Shown here one piece after another: positions 14,198 through 25,411 of a stretch of DNA of 64,000 nt (position 1 is its first letter; each line of letters starts with the position of its first letter). The notes beneath the pieces are model-generated. The model ran no database searches, was not told the origin of the DNA, and saw nothing but the letters and a program-made list of their open reading frames with translations. Position numbers and translations under genes: made by a program. The stretch comes from an uncultured Candidatus Rokubacteria bacterium (lineage in GTDB: Bacteria; Methylomirabilota; Methylomirabilia; Rokubacteriales; CSP1-6). The stretch is taken from contig CAVWWD010000003.1 in the NCBI GenBank assembly GCA_963758635.1, positions 352,001 through 416,000 of the forward strand, given 5' to 3'.

Positions 14198-14524
14198 ATG
14201 GCACAGGCGCACGTGCGGAAGGGCGACATGGTGATCGTGATCGCGGGGAAGGAGCGCGGGAAGAAGGGGAAGGTCCTCCGCGTGCTCCCCGAGAAGGGGC
14301 GGGTGATCGTGGAGCGGATCAACATGATCAAGCGCCACCAGCGTCCCACGCAGAAGCTCCGGCAGGGCGGCATCATCGAGCGGGAGGGGGCGCTGGCCCT
14401 CTCCAACGTCATGGTCGTCGACCCGCGCACGGACAAGCCGACCCGGATCGGCGTGATGATCCTCGCGGACGGCAAGAAGGTCCGCCTCGCCCGGAAGTCG
14501 GGCGAGATGATCGACAGGGCGTGA
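14198..14524 (+). CDS. rplX: 50S ribosomal protein L24
   Basis: [22 protein letters not shown] motif. Confidence 0.98.
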   Translation: MAQAHVRKGDMVIVIAGKERGKKGKVLRVLPEKGRVIVERINMIKRHQRPTQKLRQGGIIEREGALALSNVMVVDPRTDKPTRIGVMILADGKKVRLARKSGEMIDRA

Positions 14525-14526
14525 CC

Positions 14527-15234
14527 ATGGCAGACGGCAAGAAGCCCGAGAAAGGCCCGCGACCGGCAAGCGGCGGCGCCCAGGGCGGCGGCAAGCGCCC
14601 GGCGGCGGCCGGCAAGGGAGGGAAGGGCGGAGCGGCGGCGCCGGCCGCAGCGCCGGAGAAGGTGGCCCGGCCCAAGCCGACGGGCGAGACGCCGCCCCGG
14701 CTCCGCGACCGTTTCCGGACCGCCGTGATCCCCGCCCTCATGAAGGAGCGGGGGTACGACAACCCGTTCCAGGTGCCGCGGCTCGAGAAGGTCGTGATCA
14801 ACATGGGCGTGGGCGAGGGCAAGGAGAACGCGAAGGTCCTCGACTTCGCCACCGCCGACCTCCAGGCCATCACCGGGCAGAAGCCGGTGGTGACGCGGGC
14901 GAAGAAGTCGATCGCGAACTTCAAGCTCCGTGAGAACTCGCCCATCGGGTGCAAGGTGACGCTGCGCGGCGCCCGCATGTACGAGTTCGTGGACCGGCTC
15001 ATCAACGTGGCCCTGCCGCGCGTGCGCGACTTCAAGGGCGTGCCGCCCAAGGCGTTCGACGGGCGCGGCAACTACGCCCTCGGGCTCCGCGAGCAGGTGA
15101 TCTTCCCCGAGATCGTGTACGACAAGGTCGACAAGGTGCGCGGCATGGACGTCGTCATGGTGACGACGGCGCCGACGGACGAAGAGGCGAAGGCGCTGCT
15201 GGTGCACCTGGGCGTGCCCTTCAGGGAGTCGTGA
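14527..15234 (+). CDS. rplE: 50S ribosomal protein L5 with Gly/Ala/Lys/Pro-rich N-terminal extension
   Basis: [25 protein letters not shown]. Confidence 0.98.
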   Translation: MADGKKPEKGPRPASGGAQGGGKRPAAAGKGGKGGAAAPAAAPEKVARPKPTGETPPRLRDRFRTAVIPALMKERGYDNPFQVPRLEKVVINMGVGEGKENAKVLDFATADLQAITGQKPVVTRAKKSIANFKLRENSPIGCKVTLRGARMYEFVDRLINVALPRVRDFKGVPPKAFDGRGNYALGLREQVIFPEIVYDKVDKVRGMDVVMVTTAPTDEEAKALLVHLGVPFRES

Positions 15235-15237
15235 GTC

Positions 15238-15423
15238 ATGGCCAAGACCTCGCTGATCATGAAGTCCCAGGCCCCGCCAAAGTTCAAGTCGCGGGCGTAC
15301 TCGCGCTGCAAGCTCTGCGGCCGGCCCCGAGGCTACCTCCGCAAGTTCCAGGCGTGCCGGCTCTGCTTCCGGGAGCTGGCCCTCAAGGGTGAGGTTCCCG
15401 GCGTGGTCAAGGCGAGCTGGTAG
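15238..15423 (+). CDS. rpsN: 30S ribosomal protein S14, zinc-binding type Z
   Basis: 61 aa; CKLCGR...CRLCFRE. Confidence 0.97.
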   Translation: MAKTSLIMKSQAPPKFKSRAYSRCKLCGRPRGYLRKFQACRLCFRELALKGEVPGVVKASW

Positions 15424-15439
15424 AGGAGACGATCGAGCC

Positions 15440-15841
15440 ATGATGACCGATCCGATCGCCGACCTGCTGACCCGCATCCGGAACGCGAGCCGGGCCGAGC
15501 ACGAGAAGCTCGACATCCCCGCCTCGCGGCTCAAGGTGCGCATCGCGGAGATCCTGAAGGCCGAGGGCTTCATCAAGAACTTCCGCATCATCGAGGAGGC
15601 GGGCCGCCCGGGCTCGGTGCTCCGCGTCTACTTGAAGTACGGGACCGGGAACGAGCAGATCATCTCGGGCATCGTCCGGGTGTCCAAGCCAGGCCGGCGC
15701 GTCTACGTGGGCAAGGACCGCATCCCCTCGATCCTCGCCGGCATGGGGGTGGCGATCCTCTCCACGTCACGCGGCGTGATGACGGACCGCGAGGTTCGCA
15801 AGCAGCAGCTCGGCGGCGAAGTGCTCGCGTACGTGTGGTAG
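15440..15841 (+). CDS. rpsH: 30S ribosomal protein S8
   Basis: [31 protein letters not shown]. Confidence 0.99.
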   Translation: MMTDPIADLLTRIRNASRAEHEKLDIPASRLKVRIAEILKAEGFIKNFRIIEEAGRPGSVLRVYLKYGTGNEQIISGIVRVSKPGRRVYVGKDRIPSILAGMGVAILSTSRGVMTDREVRKQQLGGEVLAYVW

Positions 15842-15853
15842 GAGCGACGCGCC

Positions 15854-16396
15854 ATGTCTCGAATCGGCAAGAAGCCCATCCCTGTTCCCCAGGGCGTGAA
15901 GATCGCGGTGCAGAGCGGCTCCGTGCGCGTGGAAGGGCCCAAGGGCACGCTCGCCCACACGCTGCCCGCGGGCATCACGGTGAGCAGCGAGCCCACCGTG
16001 CTCACGGTCAACCGCAGCTCGGACCACCGCACCGCGCGCGCGCTCCACGGGCTCACCCGCTCGCTGCTCGCGAACATGGTCACGGGCGTGAAGGACGGGT
16101 TCGAGCGCAAGCTCGAGATCGTCGGCATCGGCTACCGGGCGCAGCTCCAGGGCAAGAACATCCAGCTCGCCCTCGGCTACTCGCACCCGGTGATCTTCCC
16201 GCTGCCCGACGGCATCCAGGCCGAGGTGGACCGCCAGGTCGCCATCACGCTGCGGGGCGCCGACAAGGCCCTGCTCGGGCAGACCGCGGCCAAGCTGCGC
16301 TCGCTCCGCAAGCCCGACCCCTACAAGGGCAAGGGCATCAAGTACGCGGACGAGTACATCCGCCGCAAGGTCGGCAAGAAGGCGGGAGCGAAATAA
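15854..16396 (+). CDS. rplF: 50S ribosomal protein L6
   Basis: [20 protein letters not shown]. Confidence 0.99.
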   Translation: MSRIGKKPIPVPQGVKIAVQSGSVRVEGPKGTLAHTLPAGITVSSEPTVLTVNRSSDHRTARALHGLTRSLLANMVTGVKDGFERKLEIVGIGYRAQLQGKNIQLALGYSHPVIFPLPDGIQAEVDRQVAITLRGADKALLGQTAAKLRSLRKPDPYKGKGIKYADEYIRRKVGKKAGAK

Positions 16397-16761
16397 TGTT
16401 CATCAGCCGGAAGACCGAGGGACGGACCCGCCGGCACCGGCGCATCCGCATGCAGGTCCGGGGCACCGCGGAGCGTCCACGGCTGACCGTGTTCCGCAGC
16501 CTGAACCACATCTACGCCCAGATCATCGACGACGCGACCGGCAAGACCATCGTCGCCGCGGACACGCGCTCCCCGGAGCTCCGGGACCGCCTGCAGCGCG
16601 GGGGCAATGCCGCCGCGGCCAAGCTCGTGGGCGAGCTGCTCGCCCAGCGCGCCACCGCGCGCGGCGTCAGCACGATCGTCTTCGATCGCGGCGGCTATCA
16701 GTACCACGGGCGGGTCAAGGCTCTCGCGGAGGCGGCCCGGGCGGGCGGGCTCAAGTTCTAA
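16396..16761 (+). CDS. rplR: 50S ribosomal protein L18
   Basis: [21 protein letters not shown]. Confidence 0.98.
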   Translation: MFISRKTEGRTRRHRRIRMQVRGTAERPRLTVFRSLNHIYAQIIDDATGKTIVAADTRSPELRDRLQRGGNAAAAKLVGELLAQRATARGVSTIVFDRGGYQYHGRVKALAEAARAGGLKF

Positions 16762-16840
16762 TGACCGGCGCAGAACACACGAAGCGCCACGGGCCTGTAC
16801 CGTCCCACCGCTCGGCGTTGGCTGATGCGCGGGGCTCATT
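16761..16840. repeat. MITE/REP-like element, family B copy 3 (inverted)
   Basis: Reverse complement reads TGAGCCCCGCGCATCAG...GGTGGGA...GGCCCGTG...TGTTCTGCG as in 7136-7208. Confidence 0.75.
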
Positions 16841-16916
16841 GGCCCGGATCGCCGGGACGAGCGTCGGAGCGGACCCGCGCATGACAGGCGTGCTCTAGGA
16901 CATCGAGGAGGACCGA

Positions 16917-17444
16917 GTGGCGGAAGCGAAGATCGATCCGAGTGTGCTGGATTTGACGGACCGCGTGGTCGCCATCAACCGTGTGGCCAAGGTGGTCAAG
17001 GGCGGCCGGCGCTTCTCGTTCACCGCGCTGGTGGTCGTCGGTGACGGCAAGGGCCACGTCGGGGTGGGGCTGGGCAAGGCCCGCGAGGTGCCCGAGGCGA
17101 TCCGGAAGTCCGTGGAGCACGCCAAGAAGGACCTGATCTTCGTGCCGCTGCGCGACACCACGATTCCCTGCGAGATCACCGGCCACTTCGGGGCGGCGCG
17201 CGTGTACCTGAAGCCGGCGGCCCAGGGGACGGGCGTCATCGCGGGCGGGGCCGTCCGGCCCGTCCTCGAGGCCGCGGGGGTCCAGGACATCCTGACGAAG
17301 ACGCTCGGCACCAACAACCCGCACAACGTGCTGAAGGCCACCATCGACGCCTTCCGCCGGATCCGGCGGCTGCAGGACATCCACGCGGTGCGCCGGCGCG
17401 GGCTCGACGACGGGCAGGAGGGGACGGGTGCCAAAGAAGCTTAA
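16917..17444 (+). CDS. rpsE: 30S ribosomal protein S5
   Basis: [24 protein letters not shown]. Confidence 0.99.
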   Translation: MAEAKIDPSVLDLTDRVVAINRVAKVVKGGRRFSFTALVVVGDGKGHVGVGLGKAREVPEAIRKSVEHAKKDLIFVPLRDTTIPCEITGHFGAARVYLKPAAQGTGVIAGGAVRPVLEAAGVQDILTKTLGTNNPHNVLKATIDAFRRIRRLQDIHAVRRRGLDDGQEGTGAKEA

Positions 17445-17610
17445 GGTGACCCTCGTGAAGAGCATCATCGGGCTGTCGCCCAAGCAGGAGGGCACGGTGA
17501 AGGCCCTCGGCCTGCGGCGCATCCGTCACACCGTCGAGCACGACGACACCCCGACGGTCCGCGGCATGATCCACGCGGTGGCCTTCGCCGTGAAGGTGGA
17601 CGAGTCATGA
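17428..17610 (+). CDS. rpmD: 50S ribosomal protein L30
   Basis: [22 protein letters not shown]. Confidence 0.97.
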   Translation: MPKKLKVTLVKSIIGLSPKQEGTVKALGLRRIRHTVEHDDTPTVRGMIHAVAFAVKVDES

Positions 17611-18071
17611 GAATCGAGGATCTCCGGCCCGCGCCGGGCGCCACCAAGAATCGCAAGCGACGCGGCCGCGGGCGCAGCTCGGGCCTCGGCAAGACGTCCG
17701 GGCGCGGCACCAAGGGTCTCCAGGCTCGCTCGGGAGGCGGCGCGCGCCCCGGCTTCGAGGGCGGACAGATGCCGCTCTACCGCCGGCTGCCCAAGCGGGG
17801 CTTCACCCCGCACGGCGGCAAGACGGAGTTCGCGATCGTCCACCTGGGCGACGTCGCGGCCCGGTTCCCGGCGGGCAGCGTCGTGGATCCCGACGCGCTC
17901 GTGGCGCGCGGCCTGATCAAGCGATCGGGCCGCCGCGCGGTCAAGCTCCTCGCCGACGGCGAGGTGGGCCATGCCCTCACCGTGCGCGTGCACCGGGCGA
18001 GCGAGGCGGCCCGGCAGAAGCTCGCGGCGGCGGGGGGACAGGTCGAGGCGATCGAGGTCGCCCGCTCATGA
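17607..18071 (+). CDS. rplO: 50S ribosomal protein L15
   Basis: GFEGGQMPLYRRLPKRGF. Confidence 0.98.
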   Translation: MRIEDLRPAPGATKNRKRRGRGRSSGLGKTSGRGTKGLQARSGGGARPGFEGGQMPLYRRLPKRGFTPHGGKTEFAIVHLGDVAARFPAGSVVDPDALVARGLIKRSGRRAVKLLADGEVGHALTVRVHRASEAARQKLAAAGGQVEAIEVARS

Positions 18072-19381
18072 TGGAAGGTCTGCAGAGCTTCGGGAACATC
18101 ACCAAGATCCCCGAGCTCAAGCGGCGCGTCCTCATCACCCTGGGGCTGCTCGCCGCGTACCGCCTCGGCGCCCACGTGCCCACCCCGGGCATCGACGGCA
18201 ACGCCCTCGCCCAGTTCTTCGACCAGGTCGCGGGCACGCTCCTCGGCATGGTCGACCTCTTCTCGGGCGGCAACCTGCGCCGCCTCACCGTGTTCGCGCT
18301 CGGGATCATGCCGTACATCTCGGCGTCGATCATCCTGCAGCTCCTCACCGTGGTGATCCCCGCGCTGGAGCGGCTCGCCAAGGAGGGAGAGGCGGGCAAG
18401 AAGAAGATCACCCAGTACACGCGCTACGGCACCATCGCGCTGTCCCTGATCCAGTCGTTCGGCATCGCGGTGGGCCTCGAGAGCATGCGGAGCCCGGGCG
18501 GCGGGGTCATCGTTCCCGATCCGGGCTGGGCGTTCCGCATCCTCACCATGATCACGCTCACCACCGGCACCGCGCTGATCATGTGGCTGGGCGAGCAGAT
18601 CTCCGAAAAGGGCATCGGCAACGGCATCTCGCTGATCATCTTCGCGGGCATCGTCGTCCGCCTGCCCTCGGCCATCTTCGCCTCCTACACCCTGATCTCC
18701 ACCGGCGAGCTGAAGCTCTTCGTGTTCCTGCTCATCCTGGTCATGATGCTGGCCGTCACCGCGGCGGTCGTGATCATGCAGGAGGGCCAACGAAAAATCC
18801 CCGTCCAGTACGCCAAGCGGGTGGTGGGCCGGCGGGTGTACGGGGGCCAGTCCACCCACATTCCGCTCCGGGTGAACACGGCGGGCGTGATCCCCGTCAT
18901 CTTCGCGTCGTCGCTGATCCTGTTCCCGGCCACCCTCACCCGGTTCATCGCGCACCCGTGGATGCAGGCCATCTCGGAGGCGCTGTCGCCGGGCCGGTTC
19001 ACCTACAGCGTGCTGTACTGCGCGCTCATCATCTTCTTCGCGTACTTCTACACCGCCATCGTCTTCAACCCCATCGACCTCGCCGACAACATGAAGAAGT
19101 ACGGTGGGTTCATCCCCGGCGTGCGGCCGGGGAAGAAGACGGCGGAGTACATCGACCGGACGCTCACGCGGATCACGCTGCCGGGGGCGGTGTTCCTGGC
19201 CCTGATCTCGATCCTCCCGGATCTGCTCATCCGCTACCTGAACACGCCGTTCTACTTCGGCGGCACCAGCCTCCTCATCGTGGTCGGCGTGGCGCTCGAC
19301 ACCGTGCGACAGATGGAGTCGCACCTGCTCATGCGGAACTACGAGGGCTTCCTGCGCAAGAAGGCGAAGGCCCGCGCGTGA
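18068..19381 (+). CDS. secY: preprotein translocase SecY
   Basis: FALGIMPYISASII, GIGNGISLIIF, IPGVRPG. Confidence 0.99.
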   Translation: MMEGLQSFGNITKIPELKRRVLITLGLLAAYRLGAHVPTPGIDGNALAQFFDQVAGTLLGMVDLFSGGNLRRLTVFALGIMPYISASIILQLLTVVIPALERLAKEGEAGKKKITQYTRYGTIALSLIQSFGIAVGLESMRSPGGGVIVPDPGWAFRILTMITLTTGTALIMWLGEQISEKGIGNGISLIIFAGIVVRLPSAIFASYTLISTGELKLFVFLLILVMMLAVTAAVVIMQEGQRKIPVQYAKRVVGRRVYGGQSTHIPLRVNTAGVIPVIFASSLILFPATLTRFIAHPWMQAISEALSPGRFTYSVLYCALIIFFAYFYTAIVFNPIDLADNMKKYGGFIPGVRPGKKTAEYIDRTLTRITLPGAVFLALISILPDLLIRYLNTPFYFGGTSLLIVVGVALDTVRQMESHLLMRNYEGFLRKKAKARA

Positions 19382-20037
19382 GCACGCGGCTGGTCTTCCT
19401 CGGCCCGCCGGGCGCCGGCAAGGGCACCCAGGCGCGTGAGCTCTCGCGCGGGTGGGGCGTGCCCCAGGTGGCCACCGGCGACATGCTCCGCGAGGCGGTG
19501 GCCAAGGGCACGCGGCTCGGGCTCGAGGCCAGGCGCTACATGGACTCGGGCGCCCTCGTGCCGGACGAGGTCGTCATCGGCCTGGTGGCCGAGCGGCTCG
19601 CCCAGGCTGACGCCGCGCCGGGCTTCGTCCTCGACGGGTTCCCGCGCACGGTGGCCCAGGCCGAGGCGCTCGACCGCATGCTCCGCGAGCGGAAGACTCC
19701 CCTCGAGCGCGTGGTGTTCTTCGACGTGTCCCGTCCCGAGCTGCTCCGGCGTCTCACCGGGCGGCGCACCTGCCGCTCGTGCGGCAGCGGCTTCCACCTG
19801 GTGTTCGCTCCGCCGCGCACCCCGGGCCGGTGCGATCAGTGCGGCGGTGAGCTCTACCAGCGCGAGGATGACGCCGAGGGTCCGGTGGCCAAGCGGCTCG
19901 ACGTGTACCAGACCCAGACCGCGCCGCTCCTCGACTACTACCGCGGGCGCGGGCTGCTCGTGACGGTGCCGGGGGAAGGGCCTGTCGAGCGGATCGGCGC
20001 CGACATCCGGCAGGCCGTGGGGACCGTGGCGGCGTGA
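19378..20037 (+). CDS. adk: adenylate kinase (zinc-lid type)
   Basis: GPPGAGKGTQA, LDGFPRT, CxxC pairs in the lid. Confidence 0.98.
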   Translation: MSTRLVFLGPPGAGKGTQARELSRGWGVPQVATGDMLREAVAKGTRLGLEARRYMDSGALVPDEVVIGLVAERLAQADAAPGFVLDGFPRTVAQAEALDRMLRERKTPLERVVFFDVSRPELLRRLTGRRTCRSCGSGFHLVFAPPRTPGRCDQCGGELYQREDDAEGPVAKRLDVYQTQTAPLLDYYRGRGLLVTVPGEGPVERIGADIRQAVGTVAA

Positions 20038-20789
20038 TCCTCCTCAAGTCGACGCGGGAGCTCGCGCACATGCGGGCGGCCGGCCGGATCCTCGCCGAGG
20101 TGAAGGAACGGCTCCGCGCCCTCGTCCGGCCCGGCGTCTCCACCCAGCAGATCGACCAGGACGTGGAAGCCTTCATCCTCTCGCGTGGGGCCCAGTCCGC
20201 GTTCAAGGGCTACCGGGGCTTTCCCGCCACCGTGTGCACGTCGATCAACGAGGAGGTCGTGCACGGCATCCCCTCGACGAAGCGCAAGGTCAAGGACGGC
20301 GACATCATCGGGCTGGACCTCGGCTGTATCGTGGAGGGGTACTACGCGGACTGCGCGATCACGCTGCCGGTGGGCACGGTGACGCCGCGTGTCCAGGAGC
20401 TCCTCGACGTCACCCGGGAGAGCCTCGACAAGGCCATCGTGCAGTGCCGGCCCGGGAACCGGCTCGGCGACATCTCCCACGCCGTCCAGGTGCACTGCGA
20501 GAGCCACGGCTTCGGCGTCGTGCGCGCCTTCGTGGGCCACGGCATCGGCCGCTCGCTGCACGAGGACCCCCAGGTGCCGAACTTCGGGGACCCGGGCACC
20601 GGCAAGCCGCTCAAGACGGGCATGGTCCTCGCCATCGAGCCGATGGTGACGATGGGCGGATGGGACGTGCGGGTGCTCGAGGACCGCTGGACGGCGGTGA
20701 CCCAGGACGGGAGCTGGGCCGCGCACTTCGAGGACACCATCGCCATCACCGACGACGGGCCAGAGGTCCTCACCCGGACCGACATGTGA
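20034..20789 (+). CDS. map: methionine aminopeptidase type I
   Basis: [27 protein letters not shown]. Confidence 0.98.
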   Translation: MILLKSTRELAHMRAAGRILAEVKERLRALVRPGVSTQQIDQDVEAFILSRGAQSAFKGYRGFPATVCTSINEEVVHGIPSTKRKVKDGDIIGLDLGCIVEGYYADCAITLPVGTVTPRVQELLDVTRESLDKAIVQCRPGNRLGDISHAVQVHCESHGFGVVRAFVGHGIGRSLHEDPQVPNFGDPGTGKPLKTGMVLAIEPMVTMGGWDVRVLEDRWTAVTQDGSWAAHFEDTIAITDDGPEVLTRTDM

Positions 20790-20799
20790 CAGGGCGCCC

Positions 20800-21018
20800 A
20801 TGGCGAAGGAAGACGCGATCGAGGTCGAGGGCACCGTGGTCGAGCCGCTGCCCAACGCCATGTTCCGCGTCGAGCTGGAGAACGGGCACAAGGTGCTCGC
20901 CCACGTGTCGGGGAAGATGCGGATGAACTACATCCGGATCCTGCCGGGCGACAAGGTCAAGGTGGAGCTGTCCCCGTATGACTTGACGCGGGGCCGCATC
21001 ACGTACCGGTTCAAGTAA
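20800..21018 (+). CDS. infA: translation initiation factor IF-1
   Basis: [23 protein letters not shown]. Confidence 0.99.
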   Translation: MAKEDAIEVEGTVVEPLPNAMFRVELENGHKVLAHVSGKMRMNYIRILPGDKVKVELSPYDLTRGRITYRFK

Positions 21019-21183
21019 CGAGCGCGAGAAGAGCTCGAAAACCGGACACAGCACTTCGGAGTCACAACAGAGCGCCGGTCGCGCACTCGCGGCGAGGCGA
21101 GCCGAAGGCGAGACGAGCGAAGGCGAATCAAGACTTGGAAATGACCGCAGACCGCCGAAACGGTTGACTGCGAGAGGACTGAC

Positions 21184-21297
21184 ATGAAAGTCAAACCCTC
21201 GATCAAAGTGCGCTGCGAGAACTGCAAGATCGTGCGCCGCCACGGGGTGGTGCGGATCATCTGCAAGAACCTGCGCCACAAGCAGCGCCAAGGGTAA
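21184..21297 (+). CDS. rpmJ: 50S ribosomal protein L36
   Basis: Manual translation [37 protein letters not shown]. Confidence 0.98.
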   Translation: MKVKPSIKVRCENCKIVRRHGVVRIICKNLRHKQRQG

Positions 21298-21307
21298 GGA
21301 GCGACGT

Positions 21308-21724
21308 ATGGCACGCATCGCCGGAGTGGACCTGCCCCGGGACAAGCGCGGTGAGATCGCCGTCCAGTACATCTACGGGATCGGCATCCCGTCCTCGCGG
21401 AAGATCTTCCTGTCCGCCGGCGTCGATCCGAGCAAGCGGGTCAAGGCCTGGACCGACGCGGAGACGGCGAAGGTGCGCGAGATCATCGAGCGCGAGTACA
21501 AGGTCGAGGGCGACCTGCGCCGCGAGGTGGCCATGAACGTCAAGCGGCTCATGGACATCGGCTGCTACCGCGGCATCCGGCATCGCAAGGGCCTGCCCGT
21601 GCGGGGCCAGCGCACCCACACCAACGCGCGCACGCGCAAGGGCAAGAGCAAGGGCGTCATGGTCAAGAAGAAGCCGGTGGCCGCCGCCCCCGCTGCCGGC
21701 GCGCCCGCCGCGCCGCGCCGATAG
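21308..21724 (+). CDS. rpsM: 30S ribosomal protein S13
   Basis: [28 protein letters not shown]. Confidence 0.99.
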   Translation: MARIAGVDLPRDKRGEIAVQYIYGIGIPSSRKIFLSAGVDPSKRVKAWTDAETAKVREIIEREYKVEGDLRREVAMNVKRLMDIGCYRGIRHRKGLPVRGQRTHTNARTRKGKSKGVMVKKKPVAAAPAAGAPAAPRR

Positions 21725-21733
21725 GAGCCTGTC

Positions 21734-22141
21734 ATGGCCGAAGAGCAGAAGCCGGCCGCGCCGCGCAAGGGCGGCCGCCGCAAGGAGCGCAAGGAGGTCC
21801 GCGTGGGCATTGCCCACGTGCAGGCCACCTTCAACAACACGATCGTGACGCTCACCGACCGCACGGGCAACGTGGTGTCGTGGGCGAGCGCAGGCAGCGT
21901 GGGGTTCAAGGGCTCGCGCAAGAGCACGCCGTTCGCGGCCCAGACCGCGGCGGAGAACGCCGCGCGCAAGGCCATGGACATCGGGCTCAAGCAGGTCGAG
22001 GTGTACGTCAAGGGACCGGGAGCCGGCCGCGAGGCGGCGATCCGCTCCCTGCAGGCGGTGGGGCTCGAGATCACCGCCATCAGGGACGTGACGCCGATAC
22101 CCCATAACGGGTGCCGGCCCCCCAAGCGTCGAAGGGTGTAG
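21734..22141 (+). CDS. rpsK: 30S ribosomal protein S11
   Basis: [31 protein letters not shown]. Confidence 0.99.
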   Translation: MAEEQKPAAPRKGGRRKERKEVRVGIAHVQATFNNTIVTLTDRTGNVVSWASAGSVGFKGSRKSTPFAAQTAAENAARKAMDIGLKQVEVYVKGPGAGREAAIRSLQAVGLEITAIRDVTPIPHNGCRPPKRRRV

Positions 22142-22153
22142 GGAGGAGCGAGC

Positions 22154-22777
22154 GTGGCGAGATATCGAGCGGCGGCGTGCCGGCAATGCCGGCGTGAGGG
22201 CATCAAGCTGTTCCTCAAGGGGTCTCGGTGCTTCACGGAGAAGTGCGCCATCGAGCGCCGGAACTACCCGCCGGGCCAGCACGGTCTCGGCCGGACCAAG
22301 CTCACGCCCTACGGCATCCAGCTCCGCGAGAAGCAGAAGGCCAAGAACATCTACGGCGTGCTGGAGAACCAGTTCCGCCTCTACTTCAGCCGGGCCGAGC
22401 GCGAAAAGGGCATCACGGGCGAGAACCTGCTCAAGCTCCTGGAGCGGCGGCTCGACAACGTGGTGTTCCGGCTCGGGATGGCCGCGTCCCGCCGCGAGTC
22501 CCGGCAGATGGTGGGCCACGGCCACTTCCAGGTGAACGGGCGGAAGGTGTCCGTGCCCTCCTACATCGTGAAGGTCGGCGAGGTGGTGCAGCTCCGGCCC
22601 ACGTCGAAGCTGCAGGAGCGCGTGGCCGACAACCTGAACGCCGGCCGGGGCGCGGTGCCGCCGTGGCTGGAGGTCGATGGCGCCGCCAAGAGGGGCACGG
22701 TGCGCGGGCTGCCCGTGCGCGAGGACATCCAGATTCCCGTCCAGGAGCAGCTCATCGTCGAGCTCTTCTCGAAGTAG
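22154..22777 (+). CDS. rpsD: 30S ribosomal protein S4
   Basis: [21 protein letters not shown]. Confidence 0.99.
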   Translation: MARYRAAACRQCRREGIKLFLKGSRCFTEKCAIERRNYPPGQHGLGRTKLTPYGIQLREKQKAKNIYGVLENQFRLYFSRAEREKGITGENLLKLLERRLDNVVFRLGMAASRRESRQMVGHGHFQVNGRKVSVPSYIVKVGEVVQLRPTSKLQERVADNLNAGRGAVPPWLEVDGAAKRGTVRGLPVREDIQIPVQEQLIVELFSK

Positions 22778-22801
22778 GCACGGGAAGGACGACGGAGAAA
22801 C

Positions 22802-23785
22802 ATGGCAAGGATTCCGTTTCAGCGACCGAAGAGCATCGAGTGGGAGATCAGCACCGACCGCTACGGGCGGCTGATCGCCGAGCCGTTCGAGAAGGGCTAT
22901 GCCCTCACCGTCGGCAACAGCCTCCGGCGCACGCTCCTCAGCATCGTCTCGGGGGCGGCGGTGGTGTGGGTGAAGGTCGAGGGCGGCGCCGCGGGTGATC
23001 GCCTGCCCGGCGTGCAGGAGGAGACGCAGGACGTGCTCCTCAACCTCAAGAAGCTGGCGGTGGACGTGCCTTCGGGCGAGCCCACCGTGACCCGCCTCGA
23101 GGCCAAGGGCCCCGGGAAGGTCACCGGCGCCGAGGTGTCGGAGGCGGGCGGGGTGGAGGTGCTCAACCCGGAGATCTACATCGCCACGCTCGAGCCGGGG
23201 GCCTCGCTGTCCGTGGAGATCGGCATCGGCATCGGCCGCGGCTACGTGGCCGCGGACGCCCATGCGCCCGGCGTGGTGCCGGCCGGCGCCATCCCCATGG
23301 ACGCCGCGTTCTCGCCCATCCAGCGCGTGACGTACAGCGTGGAGAACGCGCGGCTCGGCAAGGTGACGGACTACGAGCGGCTGATCATGGAGATCTGGAC
23401 CAACGGCGCCCTGACGCCGGAGGAGGCCCTCAGCCAGGCCACCACGTACATGCGCGATCACTTCGGGTACCTCGCGCCCGAGGGGCCCTACGAGGACGAC
23501 GAGGAGACCGAGGCGGCCGGGCCGGGGTTCCTGCAGGAGAGCCTGTCGAAGACGCTCGAGGAGCTGCCGCTGCCCGCGCGCGCCACCAACGCGCTGAAGA
23601 ACAGCGACATCCTCACGGTGGCCGACCTCGTGCAGAAGACCGACGAGGAGCTCGAGAACGTGAAGAACCTGGGCTCCAAGTCCATCGAGGAGATCAAGGT
23701 GGCGCTGGCCAGCCTCGGTCTGTCCCTCGGGATGCGCATCGATCCCAACCTGCTCGGGGCTCTCGGCCGGGGAGGCGCGACATGA
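22802..23785 (+). CDS. rpoA: RNA polymerase alpha subunit (divergent)
   Basis: [34 protein letters not shown]; lies between rpsD and rplQ. Confidence 0.96.
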   Translation: MARIPFQRPKSIEWEISTDRYGRLIAEPFEKGYALTVGNSLRRTLLSIVSGAAVVWVKVEGGAAGDRLPGVQEETQDVLLNLKKLAVDVPSGEPTVTRLEAKGPGKVTGAEVSEAGGVEVLNPEIYIATLEPGASLSVEIGIGIGRGYVAADAHAPGVVPAGAIPMDAAFSPIQRVTYSVENARLGKVTDYERLIMEIWTNGALTPEEALSQATTYMRDHFGYLAPEGPYEDDEETEAAGPGFLQESLSKTLEELPLPARATNALKNSDILTVADLVQKTDEELENVKNLGSKSIEEIKVALASLGLSLGMRIDPNLLGALGRGGAT

Positions 23786-24255
23786 GGCACGGAAAGGCGG
23801 GCTTCAAGCTCGGGCGGGTCACCGCCCACCGCTGGGCGCTGTTCCGCAACCTCCTCGTGGCCCTGTTCCGGCACGAGCGGATCATGACCACCGAGGCCAA
23901 GGCCAAGGCGGTGCGGGGGCTCGCCGACCAGATGGTGACGCTCGCGAAGCGCGAGGGCCTTCACGCCCGCCGTCAGGTTCTCGCCATGGTCCCCGACGGC
24001 GAGGTGGTGAAGAAGCTCTTCGACACCATCGGCCCCCGGTTTACCGATCGCCCCGGCGGGTACACGCGCATCCTGCGGGCGGGCACGCGCCCGGGCGACC
24101 GCGCGCCCATGGTCATCCTCGAGCTGGTGGACCGGCCGGAGGCCGCAGCCGAGAAGGGCAAGAAGGACGCGAAGGCCGAGAAGGCCCCGAAGGGCGAGGC
24201 CGCCGCGGGCGCCGCGAAGGGTCGCCGCAAGAAGGCCGCCGCGGCGGCCGGGTAG
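23782..24255 (+). CDS. rplQ: 50S ribosomal protein L17
   Basis: [15 protein letters not shown]; Ala/Lys-rich tail. Confidence 0.98.
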   Translation: MRHGKAGFKLGRVTAHRWALFRNLLVALFRHERIMTTEAKAKAVRGLADQMVTLAKREGLHARRQVLAMVPDGEVVKKLFDTIGPRFTDRPGGYTRILRAGTRPGDRAPMVILELVDRPEAAAEKGKKDAKAEKAPKGEAAAGAAKGRRKKAAAAAG

Positions 24256-24327
24256 GCTCTCCGGCGCTACGCGCGCCGCGGAGTCAGCGCCACGGAGCCG
24301 GCCGGGCGTGCCCGTCGCTCGACGACC

Positions 24328-25221
24328 CTATCGCTGGAGGATGGCGATCCCGGCCACCGTCACCACGGTGCCGAGCACTCCGGCCGCGGACAGGCGCTCA
24401 CCGAGGAAGATCATCCCGAGCGGGATGGCGAACATGGGGGCGGTGGACGACAGCACCGTCGTCACGGCCACCCCCGCGTGCTTCACGCCCACCACGAACA
24501 TCACCGAGCTGACGGCGGTGAGGACGGACAGACACGCGAGCGTGGCCTGTACGCTCCGGCCGCCCGCCCGGACGCGCGACGCCGCCGGCCACGCCCACGG
24601 CGTGGCCCACAGCAAGAGGCCGCCCACGGGCAGACGGATGGCCTGGGCGCTCGTCGCGTCCATCTCGGCCAGGGGGTACTTCAGGACGATGACGGAGACC
24701 GCCCACGCCACCGAGGCGATGGTGGCCTCGGTCACGCCGGCCCTGACCTGACCGGGGTCCCGCTCGCCGTGCCCATCGCGCGCCATCACGATGAGCGCGA
24801 GGCCGGCGAGCGTGACCACCGATCCGGCGAGGAACGAGGCCGTCACGGCCTCGCCGAACGTCGCCGCCGCCATCAGGGTGGCGATGAGCGGATAGGTCAT
24901 CGAGAGGGTCATGGCCCGGGCGATCCCGAGGCGCCGCGCGCTCTCGAAGAAGAGCGTGTCGCCCACGCCCACCGCGATCACGATCGACACCACCAGGAGA
25001 AGGAAGGCCTGGGGGGACACGGACGTGAGATCGTCGCTGCCGCTCCTCAGCAGGACCCAGGCGAGGAGGAGGGCGCCGCCGAGCACCGAGCGGAGCGCGT
25101 TCACCATCAGCGAGGTGAGCGTCGGCGCGAGTCGTCGGACGAGCAGGCTGGTCACCGCCCAGGTGCAGGCCGATCCGAGCGCGGCGATCGCGCCCAGCGC
25201 GGCGTCGGAGGAGAGAGTCAT
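24328..25221 (-). CDS. DMT/EamA-family membrane transporter
   Basis: 297 aa, many hydrophobic segments in two EamA-like halves (FGE / LGERLS motifs). Confidence 0.85.
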   Translation of the reverse strand: MTLSSDAALGAIAALGSACTWAVTSLLVRRLAPTLTSLMVNALRSVLGGALLLAWVLLRSGSDDLTSVSPQAFLLLVVSIVIAVGVGDTLFFESARRLGIARAMTLSMTYPLIATLMAAATFGEAVTASFLAGSVVTLAGLALIVMARDGHGERDPGQVRAGVTEATIASVAWAVSVIVLKYPLAEMDATSAQAIRLPVGGLLLWATPWAWPAASRVRAGGRSVQATLACLSVLTAVSSVMFVVGVKHAGVAVTTVLSSTAPMFAIPLGMIFLGERLSAAGVLGTVVTVAGIAILQR

Positions 25222-25266
25222 GGGCCGGGCGCTACCCTACCAGAAATCCAGTGGCGCCGTCCGGCA

Positions 25267-25376
25267 CGTAGGGGGTTGTGAATGAATGGCGAGGCGGCCC
25301 CGCGTGTGTACGCAGAACCGCGGTGTTGGCCCGCACGGCGAAGTCGAGATCCGCGTTCCTTCACAACCTCGTAGGG
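25267..25376. repeat. ~100-bp MITE-like element, family C copy 2
   Basis: Terminal inverted repeat GGTTGTGAA/TTCACAACC; flanked by CGTAGGG direct repeats 103 bp apart. Confidence 0.8.
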
Positions 25377-25411
25377 ATGACGTGGGGAGGACAAGCGAAA
25401 GGAGGGTCAAC

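Noticed and set aside
21019..21180. Structured RNA between infA and rpmJ
   Set aside because: Contains GCGAGCCGAAGGCGAG-type short motifs, but no second copy or convincing fold could be identified by eye
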